Shown here piece after piece: positions 11,991-25,650 of a stretch of 64,000 bases of DNA. Within the stretch, counting starts at the first letter, position 1, and each line of letters starts with the position of its first letter. The DNA lies in contig NC_042999.1 of NCBI RefSeq assembly GCF_006345805.1, positions 128,898,001-128,962,000 on the forward strand, given 5' to 3'. The notes beneath the pieces were generated by a model. It did not search any database, was not told the DNA's origin, and saw nothing but the letters and a program-made list of their open reading frames with translations. The stretch is from Octopus sinensis. Its lineage: Eukaryota. The translations under genes and the position numbers were made by a program.

Positions 11991-13882
11991 CAATTCTTTC
12001 TTAAACAACTAAACCTCTTATATTTCCAGATAACTGCATTTTATCCAGCCTAAATGATGGCACTTTCCGGCCAGTTTCTTGTCGTGTCCTCAAACTTCTG
12101 GATGCCCTTGTCCATAAAGGTTACACCTATTATCTATAAACAGCAAATAAACAAAGTCCCATGACATAAAAAAAAAGTTTCTTTGATGTAAAAAGTTTAT
12201 CTAGCTTCTAATTTCACTTCACTGTGTGCCTCTATATTCACTTCTTTTCTTTCTAAATCAGAATAATGCACAGCCCAATAGTTACATTATCATTTTTTAA
12301 AAACAGAACAAATCTATAATCTTTTAAAGGTTTCATTTTAATTAATATCATCAGGTTTGCTTTATTTACTAACTTCATGCAAAGAAATCTTACTGTTAAA
12401 GATACCTATGAGATCAACATTCTAAATATACATTTTTACATAACTGCTCCATGTAACAATTCTATATGCTTTCATCATCCACACCTGAGCCACTAACAAC
12501 ATTTGTTTGGGGTGAGTAAAGATTCACTATTAGTGATGGAAACAGTATTGGTTCTCATTAAATAATATATACAGAATGGTATTCTGAACTAACATTAGTA
12601 TGTTATACATAAATACACACACACATGCACACAAGCATATGCACACACACACATGCACACACAAACAAGCATGCATGTGCACGCACACACGCACACGTAT
12701 ATTGAATCACCAGGTACTTTCATTATATGTGTCTGTGGTTCTCACATTTGTAATATACAATTGTAATATCTAGATTCTTGATACATAGTTCTCTAAGTGT
12801 AAATTTTTTATATTTTTATATATTGAGTACCCATTATGATTTGGATACTCAATATGATGGCTAAAACAAACTGAAGCAAATTAAAAAACAAAAAACACTT
12901 GGATTTGAGATACTGGCAGCAGCTATACTCTTGATTTATATAATAAATGGTTGTGTATAAGATAAATACATTATAATGACATCTTGCTAATATATTTATT
13001 TATCTCCATATTTCAAGATATCCTATGGCTATAGAGTATAAAATTTAGAAAAAATTTTTTTTAATCAAATGATAAGTGATAATAACTTGATATTGATAAT
13101 AAAATTACTTGTTTTAAAAGGAAAAAATAAAACTAAAAAAAACTAAAGAACTAAAAAGAACTAAATATTTCTCTTGAATTATGTTGTTTTCTTCAACACC
13201 AGAATGTAGAAAGTGAAGTTGGCAAAATTGTAATGATTCTCTTTCTAATTAGCACTCTTTGTCAACTTACAAATCTCTTATCACGGCTGTTAGTAAATAG
13301 AGTTTCTTGTTACATAAAAACATAAAAACATAACTTCCAAGGACCAAGCTTATTTAATTGTTAGCCCAAAGGAAACTGATATAATAAAGATAACTATTTG
13401 ATATTTTTATATATTTTTTATATATTTTTAAACAAAATTAGAATATTATATCAGATGTAGATTAGAATGCTTATATACATACATACATACATACATACAA
13501 TGAAAGAGCCTTGGATCTAGGTTAGAAACCGGTTCTTTCTCTATTGACAAGAAGTCTTGAAATAAACAAATAGAATAATGATATACACACATACATCATA
13601 CATACATACATACATACATACATACATACATACATACATACATACATACATACATACATGCATGCATATATAATTTTTATTGAAACTGAAGCTGTGAGTT
13701 TGAGAGCTTGTCTCCCTATTACAATCTTCCACTGAAAATCATTTCCTCTACAATATGTATTGAGCTCTCCTCTCTCATTTGTCTGACTTAACCCAACATA
13801 TATATTATGCATATTTGCATACATATACATATAATTTTTATTATATAATTATATATAAATTATACATACATGTGTGTGTGTG

Positions 13883-14359
13883 TGTAAGTTGTCTAAGAGT
13901 CCATAAGCCAGGAAAAATGCACTTAAATATCTGTCAATAGAGTCTGTCAATATCATCCAAAGTGTACAGTATTATATATCCATTACAGCCGCTCTTACCA
14001 ATCAGTTTCACGCTAGGGATTCAATGGAGTGTTAGGTAACAATCCAATTATGTAGTCCTGCGCTCATCAGCGGTAGCCAATGTGGAATAAAATATGGTGA
14101 CTGCTCTCTATTGTTGGAAATGAATAGACATTTGGTTTGCAGTTGCTGTGAAAAAGATGATGAAACAAAATGAGTAGGGACTTGAATTAACTCTTAACTC
14201 AATCCTCTACTTGTTTCGCTACATCATCTTTTTCACAGTAATTGCAAACTGGATGTATCTATTCTCCTCCAACAATACAGAGCAGTCACCATATTTCATT
14301 CCGTATCGGCTACTTCTAATGAGTACAGGGTTATATAATTGGATTGTTACCTAACACTC
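13883..14359. repeat. Palindromic repeat family copy 1 (internal hairpin 14027-14359)
   Basis: gagtgttaggtaacaatccaattat at 14027 pairs with ataattggattgttacctaacactc ending at 14359; homologous to 15879-16206. Confidence 0.8.
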
Positions 14360-14700
14360 TGGTGAACCCCTGTTTTTAAATAGATATCTATAAAAAGTTA
14401 TATAAAAATGTTTTAAAAATAGGTTTTGAGTTTTATGATTGCTTTCATAAAACTTCAAATACTTTTCAACTGACTTGTAGATATCTTTGAAGTTATATAC
14501 AAAACCACAAGAAACCCAGTAACTTTTGATCTGTGATAATAAACCTGCCTTTATCTAATCCCTAGTAAAGTTAAAAATCCCCAGACAGCAAACTTATAAA
14601 CTCCTTGAGAAATGGTAGAATTTAGTGCTGACACAGAGCCAAATCTTAGAATCTGAATTACAATTTCAAAATGGATATATGTATATATATATATATATTT

Positions 14701-15094
14701 AAACGAGCAAAACGTCCCCACCCCGTCCAATGGATGGTGCTGAGTTGTCAAACATTTAAACCAAATTTTCTCAAAACAACTTGTCCGACCATCCCATAGG
14801 CCTCCCCTTTGAGAAACACTGATTTAACCTAAATTTGAGACACCGTGCATTTTTCTCACATATGCGTAGTATTGATCGCAACATCTGATGTACTTGCACG
14901 TACAATTGCATGCTCCCATGGCTTTATCGATTGCATTCTCACCTGGAATCGATTTTTGTAATTTTTTAAAGACTTATACATGCCCTGGTACCGTTGGTAT
15001 CTACATATCAAATTTGAGCGCTATCAGATGGAGGATGCCCGAGATCCTAGAAGACACACACACAGACAGACAGAATGGATTTTATATAATAGAT
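14701..15094 (+). mobile_element. Possible Helentron/HINE (DINE-1/Lep1-like) non-autonomous element
   Basis: 3' part catatcaaatttgagcgc...acacacacagacagacaga...ttttatataatagat resembles the recalled HINE/Lep1 end layout; 5' limit uncertain. Confidence 0.35.
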
Positions 15095-15368
15095 ATTCAG
15101 TATTCTAAGCCTGAAAGGGAAGAGCTTCTGTTAGACACCTGCAAAACTTTAATTCGCATGGAGCCAAATCAAACCATTAACAATAATAATCATAATAATA
15201 ATAATAATCATAATAGTAATAATAATAATAATAATAATAGTAATAATAATATATATGTGTATATATATATATAGTTAATCCAAACAAGAAAGCACAAAAA
15301 AAAACAACACAACAACCCTAGGACGTGGAACAAATATAGTATTATTGGATGCTCAGGAAAGAAGGAGG

Positions 15369-15403
15369 GTTTAACGTTTCGAGCGGAGCTCTTCGTCTGA
15401 AAC
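15369..15403 (-). ncRNA. Minimal hammerhead-like motif (U4A core variant) in a short Penelope-type repeat
   Basis: Reverse complement reads GTTT-CAGACGA-A-GAGC(TCC)GCTC-GAAA-CGT-T-AAAC: stem I 4 bp, stem II 4 bp, palindromic ACGU stem III. Confidence 0.5.
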
Positions 15404-15878
15404 ATAGGAGAAGGAAAGATCCAGAGAAGGGAAGACAGAGGAAAATATATATATATATATATAAAAATATTGTTGACACCATAAGAATTTTATAAATGTA
15501 CAAGAAAACTTGCACTAATTCTTTTTTTGGAATATTCCAAAGCACATACATAAAGCTATGAATGTAGATATGCATGTAAATATTGGGTTGTAAAATCCTT
15601 TTAGATAGGAAAAGTTAAAGGCTGCCTGTGTGACTCAAACACACATCTATTGTAGATAGGATAGGTATTCAACCATTGCACGAAAGCAATCCTTTGAATT
15701 TCTTTATCCATTTTAGTTAATTTCAATTCTTACCTGAGAGAATGATATGTTGTACCCACATCTGTACACATTCAGTTCTTACTGATAAGACTAAATTTAA
15801 CAAAAATGAATAGAGATATTCAAAGGAATACTTTGGTACAATGGTTGAACACCTATTATATCTACAGGAGACCTAGAA

Positions 15879-16206
15879 GTATACAGTATTACATATCCAT
15901 TACAGCCAATCTTACCAATCAGTTTTGTGCTAGAGACTCAATGGAGTGTTAGATAACAGTCCAATTATGTAACCCTGCATTCATCAGAGGTAACCGTTAT
16001 AAAATGAAATATGGCTACCTCTGATGAGCACAGGGTTATATAATCGGACTATTACCTTAAACTCCATTGAATACCTAGCATGAAACCAATTGGTAAGATT
16101 GGCCATAATGGATATATGATAGTGTACACTTCAATAAGTATACCCACTTATTGACAGATATATGAGTGCATTTTTTCCTGACTTATGGACTCTTAGATGA
16201 CTTACA
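15879..16206. repeat. Palindromic repeat family copy 2 (hairpin centred near 16000)
   Basis: Internal inverted arms around gttataaaatgaaatat; the distal right arm is the reverse complement of 13883-13940. Confidence 0.8.
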
Positions 16207-16217
16207 TGCGTATATAT

Positions 16218-16276
<59 letters not shown>

Positions 16277-17180
16277 TATATATATGTATATATATATATA
16301 TTTATTTATTCATTGCTTAACATCTGCCTTCCATGCTGGCATGGGTGGGAAGGTGTGACAGGAGCCTGCACCAGACTTCTGCAACTGTTTTGGCAGGATT
16401 TGTACAGCTTGATGCTCTTCCTAACACCAACCACTCATGTATATATATATATATATATATATACACACAAACACACACATGCACACATAAATGCACATAT
16501 GAACAAAGTTTTCATGCATAGGATTGCTCTGCTACCACATTTATCTTTTGTTGCTTCAAATTATTTCACATCCTTTTACTTCCTAACACTAACTATCACT
16601 TTTACTAAGAGGAGGGTTAGCATTTAGAATGCATTTAGCATACATAGGCTGATCTATTGTGTCACATTGCTCTAAGTTCAAATTCTAGCATTATCACTGT
16701 ACACCTTTAATCTCAGAAGGTTTTTTTTAATCAAATAAACAAATAAAAACAAGTCTGAATAACTGAATGGGATTTACATTTGCAAAAATCAATAACCAAT
16801 TTGAAAATACGATTAAGTTGTTATACCATTGGTATAGCAAGTTAATCTCAATGTTTCAAAAGGCCCCTTCTTCAGAGAAAAAAAGATTGTCTCAGTTATA
16901 ACCACAGGTTTTTATGTCCCTGTTTTCCTGCTTATTTTTAGAATATGGCTATGCAAAATGTGTTAGAAGTCATGTCTTCCTGTAGAATACAAATTTATTC
17001 AAATTTACTAGTTCACAAAATAAGTTCCATTAAAATATAAATAAATTCTGTGATTTATATGACTCTGTCTCGTTCTCTCTCACTCCCACTCTCTCTTCTC
17101 TTTCACCCCCTCTCTCTCCTTTTATCTCTCTCTCTCTATCTCTGAAAAAAAGGCTTGTCACAAAATTAGAAATATCTCAA

Positions 17181-18570
17181 CGGCAGCAAGCTAGTAGAAT
17201 TGTTAGCACACTAGGCAAAGTGCTTTGTGACATTCATGTCTTTATGTTCTGAGTTCAAATTCCGCCAAGGTTGACTTTACCTTTCATCCTTTTGGAGTTG
17301 ATATGAAGTGGTATCAAAAAGTTCCTGGACTAGTTCTGCAGTGCACCGACAGATGGCAGCACATGGTTATGTGCACAGTGAGAGCTAGCAGTGACCTTCA
17401 TGAGGCAGTGTGCTGAGTGACATCACTGTGTTTACTTTGCAAGTTGTGAAATTTGTGTTTTTGTGATAATGTGTATGCTTTAGTCTGTGATTTTTGTCAT
17501 GGACAGGAAGTTGGAACAAAGAGCCAATGTGAAATTTTGCATTAAACTTGGAAAGTCATCACCATTGACAAAAGTTGGGTCTATGGGTATGATCCTGAGA
17601 TGAAGCAGCAATTGGCATAATGGAAGAGCCCTTTATCTTCAAGACCGAAGGAGGCATAGCAAAACCGCAGATCAATCAAGAGAATGCTCATCTGGTTTTT
17701 TACATCCACAGTATTGTGTATCAAGAATTCATTCCCCTGAGCTGGACTGTCAATCGAGAGTTCTACAGTGACATTTTGAAGCTTTTGAGGGAGGACATTT
17801 GGCAAAAGTGACCGGATCTGTGGAACACAGAGAATTGGATTCTTCATGACAACAATGCACCCTCTCACCAAGCTCTCCTCACTAGTGAGTTTCTGTGGTG
17901 TATGTGGGAGATTTGAAGTAAAGACACCTACCTTCTCTTCGTCAATGCAGACCTCTCCAGCGGTAACGCACCCTTCCACGTAACCCAACCTGAACGCTAA
18001 AAATAGCAGCTGCTTTTCCCTTATCTTGTCAAAGCGCTCACACATCCAGCACTGTCGGCTACCCCAATCGAAAAGGCCCCATCGTCCCCTGCCTGTGTGC
18101 GCATCACTCCTGCACCCTTCCTCTTCCAGTCAGCTCCCCCGCTGCTGATGTCATCCCACAATTTCTTACCATAAACAACATGGTATCACTTCTACACTCG
18201 CCCCATTCACCAGATTTAGCACTTGCAGACTTCCATCTCTTCCTCAAGATGAAAATGCAGCTCAAAAATTGCCATTTTGACATCATTGTCAAGATCAAGA
18301 GTGAATTGCAGAAGGTCTTCAACTCACTTTCAGCAAACAACTTCCAGGCTGGATTCCAGAACTGTGTATTATTGCACAAGGTGACTCTTTCAAAGGAGAT
18401 GATGTTAAAACTTAGGTAAATAAGTTATTTTCTTTATTAAACCTAACTAGTCCGGGAACGTTTTGATACCACAGTGTAAAATAAGTACCAGTTGAGCATT
18501 GAAGCCAGTGCAGCTGACTTACCCCTTTCTCTGAAATTGCTGGCCTTGTGCTAAAATTTGAAACTAAAAT
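17181..18570 (+). mobile_element. tRNA-derived SINE (family C) split by a mariner insertion
   Basis: SINE 5' half ends ...cctttcatccttttggagttgaTA (17303); the 3' half resumes TAaaataagtaccagttgagc (18477). Confidence 0.8.
17304..18476 (+). mobile_element. mariner (DD34D) element, internally deleted, with TIRs and TA target duplication
   Basis: TIRs gtggtatcaaaaagttcctggactagt / actagtccgggaacgttttgataccac; TA at 17302-17303 and 18477-18478. With the 17895-18166 insert removed, HDNAPSH...SPDLALAD gives D-34-D spacing. Confidence 0.9.
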
Positions 18571-19044
18571 TCGAAACACCTTAATTCATACATTTGCTGG
18601 TTTATAAAAACCATAATTAAATTCCCAAGTTGTATACATTTAACGAATGATTTGATCTAAGATCATGTGTATTTGAACTAAAATAATAGGTTCTTGATAG
18701 AACATTTATAACCATTAAAAAAATCACATGCACTGTAATATTCACTATTGCTTTATTATTTTGTAATTCATAATAATAATACCACCAACTAGAAATTTTA
18801 AGAACCTTATAATAACCTTTTACTTTTTTTTATATACCATTTACTTGTTTCAGTCATTAGACTGTAGCAATGCTGGGGCACTACCTTGAAGCATTTTAGT
18901 TTAATGAATCGACTTCAGTACTTATTTTTTTTAAAGACTGGTACTTATTCAATCAGATTCTTTTTGCCAAACTGTTAAATTATGGTAACACAAACACACC
19001 AACACCAGTTGTCAAGTGGTGGTGGGAGACAAACACAGACACAG

Positions 19045-19091
<47 letters not shown>

Positions 19092-19149
19092 CTTACATAC
19101 ATACATATATATATATATATATACTTACATACATACATATATATATATA

Positions 19150-19766
19150 TAAATTAAGAAATGGAGTCAAATGCAGGTGTTATTCAAATCACTTATACTT
19201 CCAACATATGTTTCGAAGAAAGCATTGAAATTATTCCGGAGAGAATAAAAATGATATAAAACAATGCAATCATCTTGTCATGGGAAAATAGAGAAACAAA
19301 ACACATCAATAAGCCATTTTAACCGAATGTGATTACCGCATATATGATGAAGGCAAATGCTAGCAAGTTATTTTTTTAAAAACTGCTAATAGATTTAATA
19401 TCAAAGGTAATTTAGAGAAAGAGGAGGAGAAATAAATAAATTTACAGAGTGGAAAAATATTGTGTGATAGATGAATGGGAATAAAGCTTTTAAACTTTCT
19501 CTAAATTACCTTTGACGTTAAATCTTTTAATGGTTTTTTAAAAAATAACTTGCTAGTATCACCCTTCATCATATATACGGTAATCACATTCAGTTAAAAT
19601 GACTTATTGATGTATTTTGTTTCTCTTTTTTTCCATAACTGGATGATTGCATTGTTTTACATCATTTTTATTCCCTACGGAATAATTTCAATGCTTTCTT
19701 TGAAACATATGTTGGAAGAATAAATGATTTGAATAACACCTGCATTTGACTACATTTCTTAATTTA
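19150..19766. repeat. Foldback element, about 272-bp inverted arms and 73-bp spacer
   Basis: 19150-19421 is the reverse complement of 19495-19766 with scattered substitutions; the left end abuts (TA)n. Confidence 0.9.
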
Positions 19767-19944
19767 TCCATGGTATACAAAAACATTTCACTTAACCCTG
19801 GAATTTCTACCTTTATAAGTAGGCTGTAATATCCGTGGCACTAATGTGAATTTTGCTACCCTGGTAACTATTTATTTATTTTTTCCGTGTTATTTGTACA
19901 CATTGAAAAAATACACATACATTTATATATATATGTATATATAT

Positions 19945-20440
19945 CATCATCATCGTTTAACGTCCGCTTTCCATGCTAGCATGGGTTGGACAGTTTGACT
20001 GAGGGCTGGTGAACCAGATGGCTGGATGCCCTTCCTAATGCCAACCACTCCGAGAGTGTAGTGGGTGCTTTTACATGCCACTGGCACAGGGCCAGTCAGG
20101 CGGTACTGGCAACAAGCTCACTCGAATCTTTTTACACATGCCACCAGCACAGGAGCCAGTAAGGCGATGCTGGTAACGATCCCGCTCGAATGGTGCCTTT
20201 TACATGCCACTGGCACGGAAGCCAGTTAGCTGCTCTGGCAACGATTATGCTTGGATGGTGCTCTTAGCACCCTACTAGCATGGGGTACAAGTGCTGGTAA
20301 GGCGAAGCTGGTAACGATCACACTCGAATGGTGCCTTTTATGTGCCACTGGCATGGAAGCTGGTTAGCCACTCTGTCAATGATCACGCTTGTATGGCGCC
20401 CTTTCCACCCTGCTAGCGTGGGTGCCCGTCATTGAATTTC
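19945..20440 (-). mobile_element. RTE LINE 3' UTR fragment with internal short repeats
   Basis: catcatcatcgtttaacgtccgctttccatgctagcatggg start, shared with the RTE 3' UTR at 37400-37708. Similar fragments at about 8620-8840 (+), 38070-38300, 40281-40560, 44120-44380, 52500-52940 and 57100-57330. Confidence 0.75.
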
Positions 20441-21446
20441 ACTTTGATTTTGATTTTGATTTTGATTTCACTTAAGGCAGGCTTCTTTCAGTTTCTGTTT
20501 ACCAAATCCACTCACAAGGCTTTGGTTGGCCTGAGGCTATAGTAGAAGATACTTGCCCAAGGTGTCATGCAGTGGGACTGAACCCAAAACCATGTGGTTG
20601 GGAAGCAAACTTCTTCCTACACAGCCATGCCTGTACCTAATAAATTGACAAAAATAAAAAATACGAAGTACCTTATTTGATTGAATATAAAACACATTTT
20701 TTTTAAAAAAGATATTAAAAAAATCACCTCAAGTCCTATATGCAAAGTTAGACCTACATCACATGCTTTAATGCACTAAAAACTTTTTCATGAATATGCA
20801 CTCTTGAAATTGCAATGCATCTAATATGTCTGTGTGTCTTTTATACATCTTTTATCTTATAAATCCTTAATATCAAATTCAAATCTCTAATCTCACCAAA
20901 TATTATGTAGAAATGATTATCTTCTTTGTAATAACTTTGTCCACTAGGGGAAGACATATGTTTGAATAATACATATGTTATTAGGTGGCAAATTATTTGC
21001 TCACAGATCAATAACCTAGCCAATGACATTCTACTTCACTGAAACATTGAGATGACTTTACTTTCCTTTTTCTTTCTTTGTTTTTGTGTCTTTTTTCTCT
21101 TTTTCTTTCACTCTTTCTTTTTCCTTCTATTCCTCATTTTCCTTTATTTCTTTTCTTTTCTACCTTTATCCTTTTTAGTAGATGCCTTGTTAGGGTGAAG
21201 TGTATACTATATTTTCTTTCATCTTTAACATTAAATTTTTGTTCTATCAAACTTCAAATCTTATGTTTTCTCAGTCTATTACTTTAATCTTATAGTAATG
21301 TCTATGAAGGTAGCTGTGGTTTATGGCATTTGGGAGTAGCTGAGGAAGTGGTAGTGGTAAGACAACTTGAATTGCTACAGCCTCAACAACAATGTAAAAA
21401 TAATATGCTTTAAGTTACGGAGACGCAAAGTAGTAAATTAACTACA

Positions 21447-21479
<33 letters not shown>

Positions 21480-23499
21480 GGTGTGCGTGCATGTGTGCAT
21501 GCACGTGTGTGTACATATTTATAAGCATATATGATTAAATGTATGTGTCCAAGGGATGTTTCTGCATCGTAACCATCTTGAAATTGCATTTTCATCCAGT
21601 TACTTTCAACTGGTTGTTTGACTATGCAACTTTATTCAAAGTCCATCCACTGACGTGGTCTGAAGTGAACTAAGTGTATATTGATTTTAGCTAGCATTAT
21701 ATTTGGTGGATTATAATAGTTTTTGAGTGCAAAAAAATGTGAGAGAAAGATTTGGAAATCTGATATGCCTTTAAAAACAGCGATGTGGTTGACCCTATCC
21801 TGATCCTAAGTTTTGAAACTGAGAATACTGGACCTTTAAATTAGGTTTTTTTTTAAAAATATGCTGTGACGTTATATGATACATTATGTTTTAATTAACA
21901 CTAATTTAAGATCAGGAAAAATAATTACAAACCTGTTATGGTTTATCTTTATTTATCATTTTGCCAGATGACCACATTACTGATTATTCCACACTGAGTT
22001 TCTGACTTATTATCTTTTCACTGAAATTAAGCATACTACATCACTGCCTACTTTACTGATGATGTCAGTCACTTAGCACTGCACATAGTCAGGTTTCTTG
22101 GTCATTCTGAGACCTTAGCAGTTGTTAAATGAACTAAGATTGTCTAGAGTTGCCATCAGGGCCAAAGTTTAGAAACATTCCTTCTCTCTTTCATCTATCT
22201 ATTTATTTTTTGGTTGATTGAAACTGGAGAAGTTCTTTCTGTTTCTCTTTCAGAAAATAAATTTCCATTAATACTAATGACTTTTACATTTTGATTGTAA
22301 CGTAAATAAATTATAAATTATTTTCTTGTCACCACCTGATGTATGGTAGCCTGCACTTAACAGTAAATTCTCCATGCTGAAGACACTCTTGGCAAAAATT
22401 TCCAGTGCCATCTTACTAATGTTTACAAAAGTGTAATGTTTGATGTTGTTTATATTGACTATTGTAGCTGTTAATTTATAGTGTATGTATGTATGTATGT
22501 ATGTATGTATGTATGTATGTATGTATGTATGTATGTATGTATGTATGTATGCATGTATGTATGTATGTATGTATGTATGCATGCATCATGTATGTATGTA
22601 TTAACAGTTGATGTTTTAAATCCGCATTATTCAATGTTTCACACATGTTAAACCATATCTGATTCTTTAGGTCCTTTACATCCAAGTACAGGGTCTCCAG
22701 AATTTTAAAGAAAGCTGATGGATAAATCTCAGTCCTGTTAGCTCAGTTCATTTGAAAGATGACTGCTAGGCAACAACTAAGTGTTGTATTAGTAGCAGCT
22801 GAAAAGGGAATAGCAGTAACTCAATAAATAAAAATAGATCTTTGCTTTCATGAAATATTCCAGTTGAAATTTAAAAGAACCTCACTAAAGATACACTTAA
22901 AGTTATGAAACAGTACTATCAATTAATGGTTTCAAATTTATATGGAGCTATATTGATGAAATGGTATGAATTTTTTGTTTTGTTTTTTTTAAGAAATATG
23001 GCACGCTTTTTCAATATGTGCTGTTTTTCTGAGAGGTAGGGACGGTAGCTATATGTTCTGAGCAAATAAAGAGGGCTCTTGTCAGGCATGCCCCAGATTA
23101 TGTTGGTTTGGTCATTACTTTGATCTGAAAGTCTTTAAATAATATGGAATAGAAAGGTGGAATTTTCCCTATTCCCAGTCCTAAAGGACTACATATGTTG
23201 AGTGAACCAACCCTTGAATTTTCTGGCTGGGAGTGCTGAGTAATTTTGGAAGATACTGTCATTTAGAGAGTGGGTCAACCTATGAAACACTGTCAAGAAC
23301 AAGCTGAATCTCCTCTAAGGACAAATGGATTGATATTGGCAATTGTATGTAGGTGTCCAGAATAAAAACTACATAGCTGTATACTTTTTACTGTTGCAGC
23401 ATGTGATATTGAAAGTGACATTGTCTTAGTAGGAATGACTAATCTTTATATTTATAATATACTTATAAAGTTTGTGATATGTATGCTTGGAAAATGGTG

Positions 23500-24100
23500 T
23501 CCAGTGAGGAATAAAATGTTTCTGGCTATCTTCAGAAAGACATCTTCAAGGGCTTTCTACTCAATACTGCATAACCACTTGATAGTGAAAGTGTTGCAAT
23601 TCTGTTGGACCTATTCATTGACCCTCCTGGTTTCAGAATTGATAGCATCAAGGACAAATTTACTTTACCTAACTCATTTTTAAGAGGGTTAATCAGCCTA
23701 CATTTTGGTTTTATTATTGGAAAGAAAATCAGATTTGTTATCTTAAAGCATGGAGTACCACATGGTCTTTAACATGGTTTTTAACAGAGTGGTTTATTCT
23801 TTTCTTTCTGTGTTTATTTTATTAAACATTGCAATATTAGTTTTTCTATATATTTCGGAGATGAGTTTTGAAGTCACATTTAGCAGCCTGTATATTCACT
23901 CAGTTTGATACCATAGATTTATATCTTTTAATATCAAAGTCCCTCAATCTGGAAACTTTGGAAGGTAATTCACTTGGATTTGTGGACTAGATTTTAAAAT
24001 AGTCATGAATGTTAGGATGTCAATATTATATCACTACAATTCTTATTGAGCCTTCAACTAATGCAGATTTTAGTCACTAACTGTTAATAAAACTGTTCAG
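23500..24100 (+). mobile_element. Very decayed LINE reverse-transcriptase remnant (CR1/L2/Jockey-like)
   Basis: RAFYSILHNHLIVKV and KHGVPHG resemble KAFDxVxHxxLLxKL and GVPQG. Confidence 0.3.
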
Positions 24101-24962
24101 TCTCCTCAAAGAGTTGTACAACAATATGTGTATGAAGTTACACACATGCACTCACACACACATACACACATATCCTCTGCATATACATATATGCATTGTC
24201 CTTGAAGCATAATGTGTCTGTACACCATTAATGCACACAACTGGGTCCCTCCTGCCACCCACTTCATATTGACATACCCTCTTTCTTACCATTATCACTC
24301 CCACTTATATTTACCATTGACCGCCTGCATCTCTGTTCAAAATTTACATTTACCTCCTATATACATCTAATCACCTTCAGCTGATTTTTATACCCACTCG
24401 CCACTCTCCACCACTCTTGCAACCTTACTTGCTTGCACACACACAAACACACACACACTGATTCTACAAATACACACACTGATGTCTACCTATGTTAGAC
24501 ATGTTTCCTTGAGGGTACATTCTGGCACCTCTTCAAAGTTTACTGCTCTTTCTGGTACTTCTCTGGCCACCTCCACCTATGTAAATATGTGAGATAGCTA
24601 TGAATTTCTACGCGCACACACACACGCTTGCACGCAACCAACCAGTCCCTACCCCTCCCATCATACATTACTCTCTTAACACCTCACGTAAAGCATCTAT
24701 CTTGTATTCTCCCTTTCAAGCAAGGGGGCTCTATAGTCTTGCAAGTTACAAAATATCCTCACAAATACAGCTGCCATGGTAAAACACAGTACCCTGTACA
24801 CTTTATAAAATGATGGCTATATATAAATATAAGTGTGTGTTGTGTGGGTATTTATGTATATATGTGTATGTGTGTGTATGTATATATATATATATATATC
24901 TATATATGCATGTGTGTGTGTGTACGTATACATACATATATATTGAGAGAGAGAGGGAGGGC

Positions 24963-25004
<42 letters not shown>

Positions 25005-25061
25005 TACATAAATTTAGTAATGTAAAATTTGAAAGAGACATTCTACATACAGATATATATG

Positions 25062-25125
<64 letters not shown>

Positions 25126-25471
25126 TATACATACATACAGATATATACACACACACACATAAAATATATGTAAGTGTATTTCACAAACATGTACTTACTT
25201 ATTTACATACATTTACATACATGCATATATTCTTTGTGTAATAAATTGACATATTAATAGATATTATTAATTATTTACACCAGTGAATTTAGTTTGGCTA
25301 AATGACACGAAATGTTTGGAGGCTAACTATAGAATAAAATCACTCATTTCTACACATAAAGACATGATACCAAAATCTACTTACACACATTCATATGCTA
25401 TTTACTTATCTTCTGTTTTTTCTTTAAGAATACAGAATAAACATTTTTTTTTCTAATGTCGTATGTTGCAG

Positions 25472-25650
25472 ATAATGTGTTAGTATCAACATTGAATACA
25501 ATGGAGGTATCAGATATTGGATATGATCTGCAGCTGACAACAGATGAAAGCTCGGATTCTTCAGAAAACTCTGAAACCTTTGTCCCAAGTACAGACAGTT
25601 CTGAAACGGAGTGTAGTAGTGATGAGAACAATGACTTCATTATGCATGAG
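25472..25650 (+). CDS. PARP6/PARP8: PARP6/8-like exon b, acidic Ser-rich linker: (D)NVLVSTLNTMEV...SSDENNDFIMHE
   Basis: ttgcag acceptor and GAG|gtaaga donor; 179 nt, phase 1 to 0; completes SEDYP-DN as in PARP8 (DYPDNTYVS); the acidic end parallels DSEGDNDSEEF. Confidence 0.8.

Noticed and set aside
13502-13539. Plus-strand GAAAGAG...GAAA-CCGG-TT-CTTTC hammerhead-like layout
   Set aside because: Stems I and III are plausible, but the core (CCUUGGA) and stem II do not fit; at most a decayed relative.
21555-21590. Minus-strand ...tcaagatggttacgatgcagaaacatcc resembling a PLE hammerhead
   Set aside because: Core and stems too degenerate to distinguish from chance.
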